The translations under genes were made by a program, and so were the position numbers. From assembly GCA_963702475.1 (NCBI GenBank), contig CAVPCT010000004.1, forward strand, positions 224,001 through 288,000: 64,000 nt of DNA, written 5' to 3'. The DNA is from an uncultured Thermoleophilia bacterium (lineage in GTDB: Bacteria; Actinomycetota; Thermoleophilia; UBA2241). The notes under the pieces are model-generated. The model was not told the DNA's origin and did not search any database. It saw only the letters and a program-made list of their open reading frames with translations. The stretch's first letter is position 1. Each line of letters begins with the position of its first letter. This document shows positions 32,900-43,291 of this stretch, in pieces.

Positions 32900-34107
32900 G
32901 CCTCTGCCCACGCCTTCAGCAGACCGAGCCCCTCGCGGATGAGGTCGCTGTTGATCCCTGAGTAGGCGAAGCGCACGTAGCGGCGCTCTTCGCCGGGCAG
33001 CTCGCGGCCGAAGTGCAGACGGGTGCAGAAACTGACGCCCGTCTCCTCCAGAGCCGCGCGTCTCAGCTGGTCGTAGGTCGTGAGACCCTTCTTCTCCATC
33101 AACCCCGTGACCTCGGGATACAGGTAGAAGGTGGCCTCTGGGCGGTAGCAGGTCACGCCGGGGATGGTGTTCAGGATGTCGACGGCGGTGTCACGGCGCT
33201 CCCTGAGGATCCGCACGATCTCCCGCGGGCCCGACTGGTCGCCGGAGAGGCCTTCCAGGGCGCCGTACTGCACGAAGTGGTTCGAGCAGCTCTCATCGTT
33301 CACGTTGAGCTTGGCGATGACGTCGACGATCGGGGCCGGCCCGACGGCGGCGCCCAGGCGCCAGCCGGTCATCGCGAACTTCTTGCTGAACGTGTACAGC
33401 ATGACGCAGCGTTCGGACATGCCGGGGAGCGAAGCCAGTGACCGGCTGCTCCCGGAGTAGCGGATGTCCCAGTAGGCTTCGTCGCAGAGCACGAGCAGAT
33501 CGTTCGCGAGGACGAACTCCGCGAGGCGCTCGACCTCGGCCGGCGAGCTCTCGGCGCCGGTGGGGTTCTGCAGGTTGTTGAAGACCAGGAGCTTGGTCTT
33601 CGGGCCGACCTGCGCCTCGAGCGAGTCCCAGTCGAGCTCGAAGTCCGCGGCGCCGGGCACGTAGCCGTACGGCTTGGCGACTCCGCCGTGGAACTCGATC
33701 TGGCTCTCGTAGATCGGGTAGCCGGGATTGGGGTAGAGGACCTCGTCTCCCGGGTCCATGAGGGCGAGGATGAATTTGCCGATCACGGGCTTGCCGCCGG
33801 GCTCGATGGCCACGTTGTCCGGCCCGAGCTCGAGGTCGTGCGAAGCCCCCACGTCCGCGGCCAGCGCCTCGCGCAGCGGCATGATGCCGGCGTTGGGGCA
33901 GTAACCCGTCTTGCCGTCGCGGATGGCCTTCGCGGCGGCGTCGACGATGTTCTGCGGCGTCGGCAGGTCCATGTCGCCGAGGTGGAATGGGTAGACGGTG
34001 TGGCCGAGCGCCTTCCACTCGTTGGCCTCGGCAGAGACGGCGAAGGCCGTCTCGGTCCCGAGGCGGCTTATGCGGCCGGCGAGACGGAGGTCGGGTGCGG
34101 TGCCCAT
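32896..34107 (-). CDS. Class I/II PLP-dependent aminotransferase
   Basis: 'NNLQNPTG', 'CDEAYWDI', 'TFSKKFAMTGWRLG', 'YVRFAYS'. Confidence 0.92.
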   Translation of the reverse strand: MGTAPDLRLAGRISRLGTETAFAVSAEANEWKALGHTVYPFHLGDMDLPTPQNIVDAAAKAIRDGKTGYCPNAGIMPLREALAADVGASHDLELGPDNVAIEPGGKPVIGKFILALMDPGDEVLYPNPGYPIYESQIEFHGGVAKPYGYVPGAADFELDWDSLEAQVGPKTKLLVFNNLQNPTGAESSPAEVERLAEFVLANDLLVLCDEAYWDIRYSGSSRSLASLPGMSERCVMLYTFSKKFAMTGWRLGAAVGPAPIVDVIAKLNVNDESCSNHFVQYGALEGLSGDQSGPREIVRILRERRDTAVDILNTIPGVTCYRPEATFYLYPEVTGLMEKKGLTTYDQLRRAALEETGVSFCTRLHFGRELPGEERRYVRFAYSGINSDLIREGLGLLKAWAEA

Positions 34108-34128
34108 GGCGTTCTCCCCCTGACGTCT

Positions 34129-34162
34129 GAGGACAGGGTGATGGTCCCATCACCCTGTCCTC
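34129..34162. promoter_or_regulatory. Perfect 16-bp hairpin in the riboswitch leader
   Basis: gaggacagggtgatgg-tc-ccatcaccctgtcctc, between the aptamer and the SD (GGGGGAG) of the aminotransferase. Confidence 0.6.
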
Positions 34163-34198
34163 GTGCGGCCGCTCGGCCGCCCGTTCCAGGGGCCCGTC

Positions 34199-34302
34199 CA
34201 GTCGCGCTCCGTTGGCCTGAGAGTTTCGGTGACGCATCCGGCGCCATCCTTGCCCCTTCGGCGCCCGTTTCCTCTTGTGAGCAGCGGGCTCTCGCGCGAC
34301 CA
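34199..34302 (-). ncRNA. Glycine riboswitch (singlet aptamer)
   Basis: Minus strand reads GUCGCGC-GAGAG...CGCCGAAGGGGCAA...AAACUCUCAGGCCAACGGA-GCGCGAC, with P1 closure; upstream of a GcvT-containing operon. Confidence 0.88.
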
Positions 34303-34469
34303 TCCGCCGGGCATCCTCGGTCAGCCAGAGGGTAGCACCGCTTGGGCGGCGAGGGCAACGCCGGGCCGTTCGTCCTGCCCCTGGCCCGCCGGTTCTCTGG
34401 GCGGCCGCCTACACAGTCTCCCGCCGGGTCGGCGCCTGACCCCTCGACCCCTCTGGCCGGCAGGTCGAC

Positions 34470-34725
34470 TTCCTTGAGGAACGGCCGCGAGCGCCACTCC
34501 AGGCAGCGATGCGCGCCGTCGGCGCTGCGGTACCGGTTCACAGACTCGGTCTCTGGGTGGTTGTGCCCGAGGCTGTCGACGGCCGCCAGAGTGGCGTCCA
34601 CATCGTCGGGGTGCACCGGGTCCAGGAAGCGCCGTCCCTCGAGCTCCTCCACCGGTGGCCGCGCTTCTGGGGAAGCGGCGGAGCGACACCGTGTACAGCC
34701 CTCCCTGGATACGCTCCAAGCGGCC
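34470..34725 (-). pseudogene. Degraded PAS-domain fragment
   Basis: 'VEELEGRRFLDPVHPDDVDATLAAV...VNRYRSADG..RCLEWRSRP' (PAS_3-like), with the preceding 'AWERI..YTV' in a different frame; no intact host gene. Confidence 0.65.
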
Positions 34726-34831
34726 GTTGGCATAGCAGGCGAGGTCCTCGGGTGATGCGTCGCTCCTCTGTCAACTCGCCATCGGGCCGTCCGGTGGCCT
34801 GCCCGCGCTCGCTCCGATAGACTCCCGTCCC

Positions 34832-35875
<1,044 letters not shown>

Positions 35876-35984
35876 CGCTCGCGCCGGTCCCGTCGCGTCC
35901 CGGCTGCCGATCGGAGTGGCCGCGAGCCGCAGCCACGCGATACACTAGCTGGCCCAGACCCAGCGTTCCTTGCCTGGAGGCACG

Positions 35985-36464
35985 ATGATCCCGGACGAAC
36001 TGATGAAGCGGCGCGGCGCCGCCGCGGTGATCGACGAGATGGTGGCGGAGCAGATGCGTCTCGAGGGCATGCAGCAGCAGAGCGCGGCGATGGTGGGCCG
36101 CGAGTTCCCCCTCGTGATGTGGAGCGGCACCGGGCGCATCGTCGCCGCCGGCGACAACGGCGTCGCGCTTCTGGTGCGCGGCATGCGCGCCGACTTCACG
36201 TGGGAGCGTCTCGCCCGAACGTGGACGCGTCTGCGCGACAACCAGGTCCTGGGCATCGATGAGCTGGGCGGCGCGTACGACGCCGTCGGCATCGTGAGCC
36301 TGTTCGCGTTCCTCGAGCCGGACAGCCTCGACGTCCTCGGCGACCAGGGGCTACTCAGGTTCCGTCGCACCACGAAGCGTCGCGAGAACCCCATCCACCA
36401 GTACGCCGACATGGGCACGCCCACGGCTTGGCCGCAATGGCGCAGCCACATCCACGGGGACTGA
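35985..36464 (+). CDS. Hypothetical protein
   Basis: GGAGG SD before ATG 35985; GC3-biased codon usage; no recognised motif. Confidence 0.6.
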   Translation: MIPDELMKRRGAAAVIDEMVAEQMRLEGMQQQSAAMVGREFPLVMWSGTGRIVAAGDNGVALLVRGMRADFTWERLARTWTRLRDNQVLGIDELGGAYDAVGIVSLFAFLEPDSLDVLGDQGLLRFRRTTKRRENPIHQYADMGTPTAWPQWRSHIHGD

Positions 36465-36489
36465 CCCGCTCCGCGTCGTCACCCCCGGT

Positions 36490-37392
36490 GTGGTGATCAC
36501 CGTCACCGCCGATCGCCGCGTCTTCAGTCTCTGCGGCGACGCCAGACCCGTCGCCCGCGTGCGCCCCGGTGACGCCGTTGTGCTCGAGACGGCCGACTGC
36601 TTTGCCGGCCAGGTGGTGTCGTCCGGTGACACTCCGGACGGCGTCGACTGGAGCACCATCAATCCGGCGACGGGCCCGGTGTACGTCGATGGAGCAGAGC
36701 CGGGAGACGTCCTGGCCGTCGCCGTCGAGCAGGTCCGGGTCGCCGGCCACGGGGTGATGGCCGTGAGCGACGGGTTCGGAGTGCTGCGCGAACGCTTCTC
36801 TGGGACCTCGTTCCGGATGGTCACGATCGAGGGAGATGAGGCGGAGTTGCCGGGCGGCGTGCGCGTACCGTTGCGGCCCATGATCGGCGTGATCGGCGTG
36901 GCCCCGGCGGGTGAGGCCGTGCCCTGCGGCTCCCCCGGACCGCACGGTGGCAACATGGACACGCGGCTGATCGGCGAAGGCGCCACGGTGTACCTGCCGG
37001 TGGCCGTGTCCGGTGCCCTGCTTGCAGCCGGCGACCTGCACGCGGCGATGGGCGACGGCGAGATCTGTGGCACCGGCGTCGAGGTCGCCGGACAGGTCAC
37101 TCTGCGGGTGGATGTGCGGCGCGACCTCGCGCTCGTCAATCCCGTCGTCGAGACGGCCGAGGTGGTCGCCACCATCGCCTCGGCCGTCACGCTGGACGAC
37201 GCGGCCGACCTCGCGACGCGCGACATGGCCGACCTGCTCTGCGAACGCATCGGCCTCTCCGCCGGCGACGCGACCATGCTCATGAGCGTCGCCGGTGAGC
37301 TGCAGGTCTCGCAGGTCGTGGACCCGCTCAAGACGGCGCGCTTCGCGCTTCCCAAGCCTGTCCTGGCGGGCCTCGGCGCCGCGCTCGTGTGA
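36490..37392 (+). CDS. Acetamidase/formamidase family protein
   Basis: 'NPATGPVYV', 'PMIGVIGVAP', 'HGGNMD', 'GDLHAAMGDGEICGTG'. Confidence 0.92.
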   Translation: MVITVTADRRVFSLCGDARPVARVRPGDAVVLETADCFAGQVVSSGDTPDGVDWSTINPATGPVYVDGAEPGDVLAVAVEQVRVAGHGVMAVSDGFGVLRERFSGTSFRMVTIEGDEAELPGGVRVPLRPMIGVIGVAPAGEAVPCGSPGPHGGNMDTRLIGEGATVYLPVAVSGALLAAGDLHAAMGDGEICGTGVEVAGQVTLRVDVRRDLALVNPVVETAEVVATIASAVTLDDAADLATRDMADLLCERIGLSAGDATMLMSVAGELQVSQVVDPLKTARFALPKPVLAGLGAALV

Positions 37393-37483
37393 GCGGTGCG
37401 CCTTCGGACCACCGCTCCACGCCTCCCCTGCGGCGGGAAGCGAGCGCGGCGGGCACGGGCCCGCTCTACCCCGGAGGGATGAG

Positions 37484-38359
37484 ATGACCGACGGCTACGG
37501 CGCCCAGAGCATGACGGCCCCGCTGAAACGTGTGGTGATGCGGCGGCCCGGCGACGAGCTGGCCGCCGCCGACCCCTTCGCCTGGCACTACACGTCCGCC
37601 ATCGACCTGGAGGCGGCTCGCAGCGCGCACGACGCGTTCGCCGACGCGCTGCGCGCCTGGGACGTCGAGGTGCTCTACCACGAGGAGCCCCTGCCGGGCT
37701 TCGCCGACAGCGTCTTCGTGTTCGACCCCGCGTTGGTCACCGATCGCGGCACGCTGGTGTTGAGCATGGGCAAGGAGAAACGGCGCGGCGAGGAGGAGCC
37801 GCTGGCCCGCACGCTGCAGGCGTGCGGCGTCCCGGTGTACGGGCGTCTGACGGGCGCGGCGCGCGCCGAGGGCGGCGACACGATGTGGCTCGACCACGAC
37901 ACCCTGGCCGTGGGCCGCGGCTTCCGCACCAATGCAGAGGGTGTGCGCCAGCTGCGCGGCCTGCTCGAGCCTCTCGGCGTCGTGGTGCTCGACTACGACC
38001 TGCCCTTCTTCACCGGTCCGGAGGCGTGCCTGCACCTGCTGAGCGTGATCAGCCCCGTCGACGTGGACCTGGCGGTCGCCTACCCGCCGCTCATGCCGAC
38101 CGGCTTCTGGGCTGAGCTCCGGCGGCGCGGCGTGCGCCTGCTCGAGGTGCCGGAGGAGGAGTTCCTGCACAAGCAGGCGACGAACGTCCTGTGCGTGGCC
38201 CCGCGCCGCTGCATCATGCTGGACGGCAGTCCGGTCACCCGGGGGCTTCTCGAGGAGGCGGACTGCGAGGTCGTCACCTTCCCGGGCGAGCCGCTGTCGT
38301 TCAAGTGCGAGGGCGGGCCGACCTGTCTCACGCGGCCCGTCTGGCGCGACGGCGTGTGA
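37484..38359 (+). CDS. Amidinotransferase / dimethylarginine dimethylaminohydrolase (pentein) family protein
   Basis: 'RRGEE', 'EGGD', 'GFRTN', 'CLHL', C-terminal catalytic Cys in 'GGPTCLT'. Confidence 0.88.
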   Translation: MTDGYGAQSMTAPLKRVVMRRPGDELAAADPFAWHYTSAIDLEAARSAHDAFADALRAWDVEVLYHEEPLPGFADSVFVFDPALVTDRGTLVLSMGKEKRRGEEEPLARTLQACGVPVYGRLTGAARAEGGDTMWLDHDTLAVGRGFRTNAEGVRQLRGLLEPLGVVVLDYDLPFFTGPEACLHLLSVISPVDVDLAVAYPPLMPTGFWAELRRRGVRLLEVPEEEFLHKQATNVLCVAPRRCIMLDGSPVTRGLLEEADCEVVTFPGEPLSFKCEGGPTCLTRPVWRDGV

Positions 38360-38397
38360 CTCGAGGAAGGACGGCGCGGGCGACCGGCGGGGTCGAG

Positions 38398-39804
38398 GTG
38401 AGCCAGGACAGCCGCCGCCCGCACCGACGCCGCGCCCGTCGGCGTCAGCGCCGCCGAGCGGCGCGCCCTCGACGCGCTTGACCTCGACGGGCTCGTCAGG
38501 CTGCTCGAGCGGCTCATCGCCGTCCCCAGTCTCGACGGCGATGAGAGCTCCCGCGCAGCGGTTGGTGGCGGCCTGGATGCGCGACGCGGGCCTCCGCGTC
38601 GACGTGTGGGACATCGACCTCGCGGCCCTGTCCACGCACCCCGACTGGTGTCATGAGGTGGAACGCGAAGAGGCGGTCGGCGTGGTCGGCTGGACAGGCG
38701 AGTCGCGCGGCGGCCGCGACCTCATGCTGAACGGCCACGTTGACGTGGTCCCAGCCGGCGACGAGGCGATGTGGACGGTGCCGCCGTTCACCCCGTCAGG
38801 TGCGGGACGGGCGGGTGTACGGCCGCGGCGCCGTGGACATGAAAGGCGGCCTGTGCTGCGCGCTGGCCGCCCTGCGCGCCGTTCACGACGCCGGCGTACG
38901 GCTGCGCGGTCGCCTCAGCGTCGCCAGCGTGGTGGGCGAGGAAGACGGCGGCACCGGCACGCTGGCCACGCTGCTGCGCGGCCACACGGCGCACGGCGCC
39001 GTGATCACCGAGCCGACCCGGCTGCGTCTCATCACGGCGCAGGCCGGTTCACTGATGTTCCGCCTCACCGTCCCCGGTCTCTCCGCCCACGCCTGCGCCC
39101 GCGAGGAGGGCGTGAGCGCCATCGAGAAGTTCGTGCCGCTGCTCGTTGCCCTGCGGCGTCTCGAGGCGGAGCGCTGCGACGCGGATGCGGGCGGCGCCAT
39201 CGGCACGGGCGGCGTGCTCTCGGGCGTCGCAGTCCTGCCAGCCGGCCGCGCACCTGTCGCCGGCGATCCGCGCGGGCCGCTCTTTGCCGCCTACCGCCTC
39301 CCGTGGCCCATCGAGGTCGGTACGGTGAGGGCCGGGGATTGGGCCTCCAGCGTTCCCGACACGCTGGTCGCGGAGGGACGCTACGGTGTGGCGGTGGGTG
39401 AGGATCTGGCAGAGGCTCGGCGCGCGCTGGAAGACGCCGTCGCGCGCGCCGCCGCGGCCGACCCCTGGCTGGCCGGACACCCTCCGCGGGTGGAGTGGTG
39501 GGGCGGGCGCTTCGACCCGGCCGAGACCGCGCCGGACGATCCGATCGCCGCCGCCGTCTCGTCCGCGGCCTCCTCGGTCCTGGGCCATGCCGCGCACGTG
39601 GAGGGCGTCACGTACGGCGCGGATATGCGTCTGCTGGTCAACGTCGGACGCATCCCGACGGTGATGTTCGGCCCCGGAGACGTACGCGTCGCCCACATGC
39701 CGGACGAACACGTCCCACTCGACGATCTCGAGGCTGCCGCCAGGACCCTCGTCGTGGCGGCCCTGCGTTTCTGCGGTGTGGAAGATCGGGACGCCGGGGA
39801 GTAG
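38398..39804 (+). pseudogene. ArgE/DapE-family M20 peptidase/deacylase interrupted by three +1 frameshifts (pseudogene or sequencing errors)
   Basis: One protein spread over frames: '...LLERLIAVPSLDGDE' / 'AQRLVAAWM...NGHVDVVP..W..PPF' / 'GRVYGRGAVDMKGG...GEEDGG...EPT...AHMPDE'; shifts at ~38404, ~38548 and ~38796. Confidence 0.8.
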
Positions 39805-39818
39805 CCTGCCAAGGCATC

Positions 39819-40763
39819 ATGGCCGCCAGCATGCCAACCATCCCCGGCCGACCGCTGAAGGCCTCCGGCGGCGACGTCGACCGTCGCCTGTACCGCATCA
39901 TGCTCTGGTGCTACGTCACCGTCTTCCCGCTCGTCGTCATGTTCGTCGTGGTCGGCGTGGTCTCCAACTCGTCGGCCGTGGTGGTCGTGACGGTGGAGCG
40001 CGTCATCTCCATGGCCGTGCAGACCTTCTCGCTGTATGCCATCCACCAGGTGCTGAGAGACGACATCCATGAGTTCCCCTACGGGCCCGGCAAGCTCGAG
40101 GACTTCGCGGCCTTCCTGTGCGGGGTGCTCTACGTGCCGTCGGGTGTGTATCTGGCCTACGACGCGGCGACGCGGCTAGCGTCGCCTCAGGATGTGGCGT
40201 ATGCGCTCAGCATGATCCCGGTCGCCGTGTCGGCCGTCCGCATGGTGCTGCTGTACGGCGCGGTGCGGCGTCTCGCGCGTCAGGCCCACTTGTCGTCGCC
40301 GTTGCTCCGCGCGTATGTCCTCGACTTTCGTATCGGCCTGCTCGGCGACATCGGTGTTCTGTGCGCCTTCGCCCTGGGGTGGCTGCTCGTGCACTATGAC
40401 CTGGCCGGCGGCGGGGAGCGTGTGGATCCCGTGGTGGCGCTCGCTATCTCCGCCTACATGATCTGGTCGGGCGCGTCGCTGGTGCGTCACAGCTTCCGTT
40501 CGCTCATGGACATGCCTCTTCCCGCGGCGCAGCGGCTGCGCGTGATGACGGTGCTCGCCGGGCACCACTGGGACTACCAGACGGTCGGCACGCTGTACTC
40601 GCGGTCGAGCGGCAAGACCCGCATCGTCGAGATCGAGCTCGTCTTTCCCGCAGAGCGCACGTTGGCCGAGATCGAAGGGCTGAGCGCGGCCATGGAGGAG
40701 GCTCTCGGGGAGGAGATCCCGGCGCTGCAGTTTCGGATCATCCCGGTGACCGCGTTGCCGTAG
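39819..40763 (+). CDS. Cation diffusion facilitator (CDF) family transporter, divergent
   Basis: 'FPYGPGKLE', 'SPLLRA', 'RVDPVVALAIS', 'SLMD', C-terminal domain 'RSSGKTRIVEIEL'. Confidence 0.78.
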   Translation: MAASMPTIPGRPLKASGGDVDRRLYRIMLWCYVTVFPLVVMFVVVGVVSNSSAVVVVTVERVISMAVQTFSLYAIHQVLRDDIHEFPYGPGKLEDFAAFLCGVLYVPSGVYLAYDAATRLASPQDVAYALSMIPVAVSAVRMVLLYGAVRRLARQAHLSSPLLRAYVLDFRIGLLGDIGVLCAFALGWLLVHYDLAGGGERVDPVVALAISAYMIWSGASLVRHSFRSLMDMPLPAAQRLRVMTVLAGHHWDYQTVGTLYSRSSGKTRIVEIELVFPAERTLAEIEGLSAAMEEALGEEIPALQFRIIPVTALP

Positions 40764-40881
40764 GGCGCGAGGCCGCACCGGTTGCGTCTCGTCGGGACGT
40801 ACGGCGCGAGAGCCCGGGCGGCTGCGCCGCCCGGGCTCTCGCGTACCGCCCGGCTCGGGCCGGCCGCGGCCGGCGCTCCCC

Positions 40882-42126
40882 TTAGTTGACCGTGACGACG
40901 TCCTTGCGCGTCACCGGCAGCCCGCGCACGCCGAGCTCGGCGATGAAGGCGTCGCGCACGCTCCGCGGCAACTCCTCCGGGCAGATCATGCCGGTCTGCT
41001 CGATCCTGTCCTCCACGATGAGCTCGGCGTAGATGCTCGCCGGCGTACTGGTGCCGTAGCTCACACAGGTGGCGCCGGGAATGCGCTCGTTCACCCACTT
41101 GATGTCGGGCGGGAAGATGTTGTAGCCGATGCTCGCCGGCTTGCCGCCCTTCTCGCCTATGCAGTCCACAGTGACGACCCCGTAGTCGACGATCTCGCCG
41201 GCCAGGGCGAGCTTCGCGAGCTCGTCGGCCGGCGGGTTGGGCGGCAGGGTGGCGACGAACACGTCGATCGGCCGCACCTCGGTGCCGTCCTTGAGCTTCA
41301 CGGGGTACTTGCTGGTCATGCCGGAGCCTACCAAGGCAAGGTCGGCGTCGAGGCCCGCACCGTCGGGGTCGCCGCCCATCTTGAAGTCCACGTAGCGCAG
41401 GCCCTTCTCGCCGAGCGCCTTGGGCAGCAGGCGCGGCAGGGTGCTGACCTCCTCGTGGTCGTGGCAGATCACGGTGCCGAGGCCGAACGGCGCCGGGAAC
41501 TCGTACTTCTCCCGGCGCCCGAAGATCTCCACGCGCTTGTACTCGCCGTCCTCGTAGAGCAGCGGCGGCTGCGCGCAGTCGGTGTAGTACGTCTCCTGCG
41601 ACCACACCTGGAGCGGCACCGGTGAGTCGAACAGCGCGTAGTCTTTGATGCGGATCTCGAAGCACCTGTCGAGATCTTCGTACGCAGTGGCGGCGAAGGT
41701 GTTGGTGACGCCGGGATCCATGCCCGTGCTGAGGAGCGCGAGCTGACCCTGCCTGGCGAACTCCGGAGCCAGGGTCATCTGGTCCAGGTAGGCCTCGTCG
41801 ATGGTCTGCGTGCGCGTCTGGCCCTGGGCCATGTCCATGTAGGCGGCGCCGCACTTGAGGCAGGCGGTCATGATCGACTTGTTGAACTCGGGGATGACGG
41901 CGTTGACGACGAGTCTGGCGCCCTCGCCCGCCCGAGCGACCGCGTCCGTGTCCGCGGCATTCAGGAACATGGCCGCGGCCTTGCCGTTGCCCACCTGAGC
42001 GGCGACGAAGGCGGCGCGCTGCTCATCGTAGTCGCCGACGACGATCTGGGTGACGGCGGGGTTGCGGCCCAGGTTCCACGTGAGCACCTGTCCCTGCATG
42101 CCTGCGCCGACGATGAGGACCTTCAT
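40882..42126 (-). CDS. Saccharopine dehydrogenase family oxidoreductase
   Basis: Rossmann 'KVLIVGAGMQG', 'AYMDMA', 'GMDPGVTN', 'HEEV', 'SYGTS', 'GMICPEEL'. Confidence 0.85.
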   Translation of the reverse strand: MKVLIVGAGMQGQVLTWNLGRNPAVTQIVVGDYDEQRAAFVAAQVGNGKAAAMFLNAADTDAVARAGEGARLVVNAVIPEFNKSIMTACLKCGAAYMDMAQGQTRTQTIDEAYLDQMTLAPEFARQGQLALLSTGMDPGVTNTFAATAYEDLDRCFEIRIKDYALFDSPVPLQVWSQETYYTDCAQPPLLYEDGEYKRVEIFGRREKYEFPAPFGLGTVICHDHEEVSTLPRLLPKALGEKGLRYVDFKMGGDPDGAGLDADLALVGSGMTSKYPVKLKDGTEVRPIDVFVATLPPNPPADELAKLALAGEIVDYGVVTVDCIGEKGGKPASIGYNIFPPDIKWVNERIPGATCVSYGTSTPASIYAELIVEDRIEQTGMICPEELPRSVRDAFIAELGVRGLPVTRKDVVTVN

Positions 42127-42337
42127 GGCTTCGCTCCCTCCGAGAAGTGCCGGTTCTTCTGCCCGGTTCTACCAGACCGGAGGAAGTGGTACAAGCTGCG
42201 GGCGACGATTCTCGTCGTGTCGTCTGCCTTGAACAGAGGATATCGTCGTCAGCAATGCGCAGGAATCTCACTTTCGCATCCGAGTGGAGCTTCCACCTGC
42301 GCCCGGTCGCGGCGCCCGCATCTGATGGGCGTGCCGA

Positions 42338-42380
42338 CAGAAACGAGCGAGGGGCCCCGCGGACCCCTCGCTCGTTTCTG
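42338..42380. terminator. Rho-independent terminator after the transhydroxylase operon
   Basis: cagaaacgagcgagggg-N9-cccctcgctcgtttctg, a 17-bp inverted repeat. Confidence 0.75.
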
Positions 42381-42408
42381 CCTCGGCCGTCGTCCCGCGG
42401 GCCTGGGT

Positions 42409-43239
42409 CTACAGCTCGATGAACCCCATGTTCTGCGACTCACCGACGATGGTGACGTGCCTGCTGCACTTCTTGCCGCCGGCGTCGACGTCGAGCGTGT
42501 ACTCGCCGTCGTCGAGCCCGTCGAACTTGAACTCGCCGAAGAAACTGGTGGTCTGCGTCTGCAGCGCGCCGGCGCCCGAGTTCAGCGTCACTGTCGCGCC
42601 TTCGAAGCAGTCGCCGCTCACCAGCACGCCGGCGGTGATGAAGTCCTTTGTGAACCGGTGCAGGTTCTTGTAGAGCGTGTGCGGCTTGGTGCCGTGCTCC
42701 GGCAGGTACTCGTGCAGACCCTCGGCCTCGATGATCTTCTGCATCTCCTCCGGCTCGATGAGGTAGGTCTCCATCGCCACCGTCGGGCACGAGTGGGTAC
42801 AGCGCGTGGTGTGCGGCGTCCACGTCTCGTCGTCGATGAGGTGTGCGCAGAAGATGCACTTCTGCGGCATGTCGAGTTCGTCGTTCCACCAGATGGCGCC
42901 GTAGGGGCAGGAGCCCATGACGTCCTTCGAGATGCCCTTGGCCTTCTCCAGGTCGATCAACACGATGCCGTCGTCACGCTTGTAGAACGAGCCCTCGGAC
43001 GCGTCCACGCATGGCGGGTTCTCGCACTGCTGGCACGGCACCGGCAGGTACGCAACGTCGTTGCGCGCGTAGTGCCCGCGCTCACGCCGCAGGATGTCCA
43101 CCCAGCGATGGCCGTGGCGGGGCTGGGCGTGGGTGTAGCCGGGCCAATCGTTGCCGACGAACTCGTCCTTGTCGGCCATGAAACAGTTGTTGCAGTCGTG
43201 GCACTTGGCCACGTCGATGACTTTGTACCATTGCTTCAC
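42409..43239 (-). CDS. bthL: Pyrogallol hydroxytransferase (transhydroxylase) small Fe-S subunit-like
   Basis: 'VIDVAKCHDCNNCFM', 'HRW..I.RRERG', 'PCQQCENPPC', 'CPYG', C-terminal 'GDCFEGA...FFGEFKFDGL' fibronectin-like domain; AAGGAG SD before GTG 43239. Confidence 0.85.
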   Translation of the reverse strand: MKQWYKVIDVAKCHDCNNCFMADKDEFVGNDWPGYTHAQPRHGHRWVDILRRERGHYARNDVAYLPVPCQQCENPPCVDASEGSFYKRDDGIVLIDLEKAKGISKDVMGSCPYGAIWWNDELDMPQKCIFCAHLIDDETWTPHTTRCTHSCPTVAMETYLIEPEEMQKIIEAEGLHEYLPEHGTKPHTLYKNLHRFTKDFITAGVLVSGDCFEGATVTLNSGAGALQTQTTSFFGEFKFDGLDDGEYTLDVDAGGKKCSRHVTIVGESQNMGFIEL

Positions 43240-43291
43240 TTCACTGACTCCTTGTCGGTCATGCTCAGACGGTAGCTTCGATGGCCCTGAC

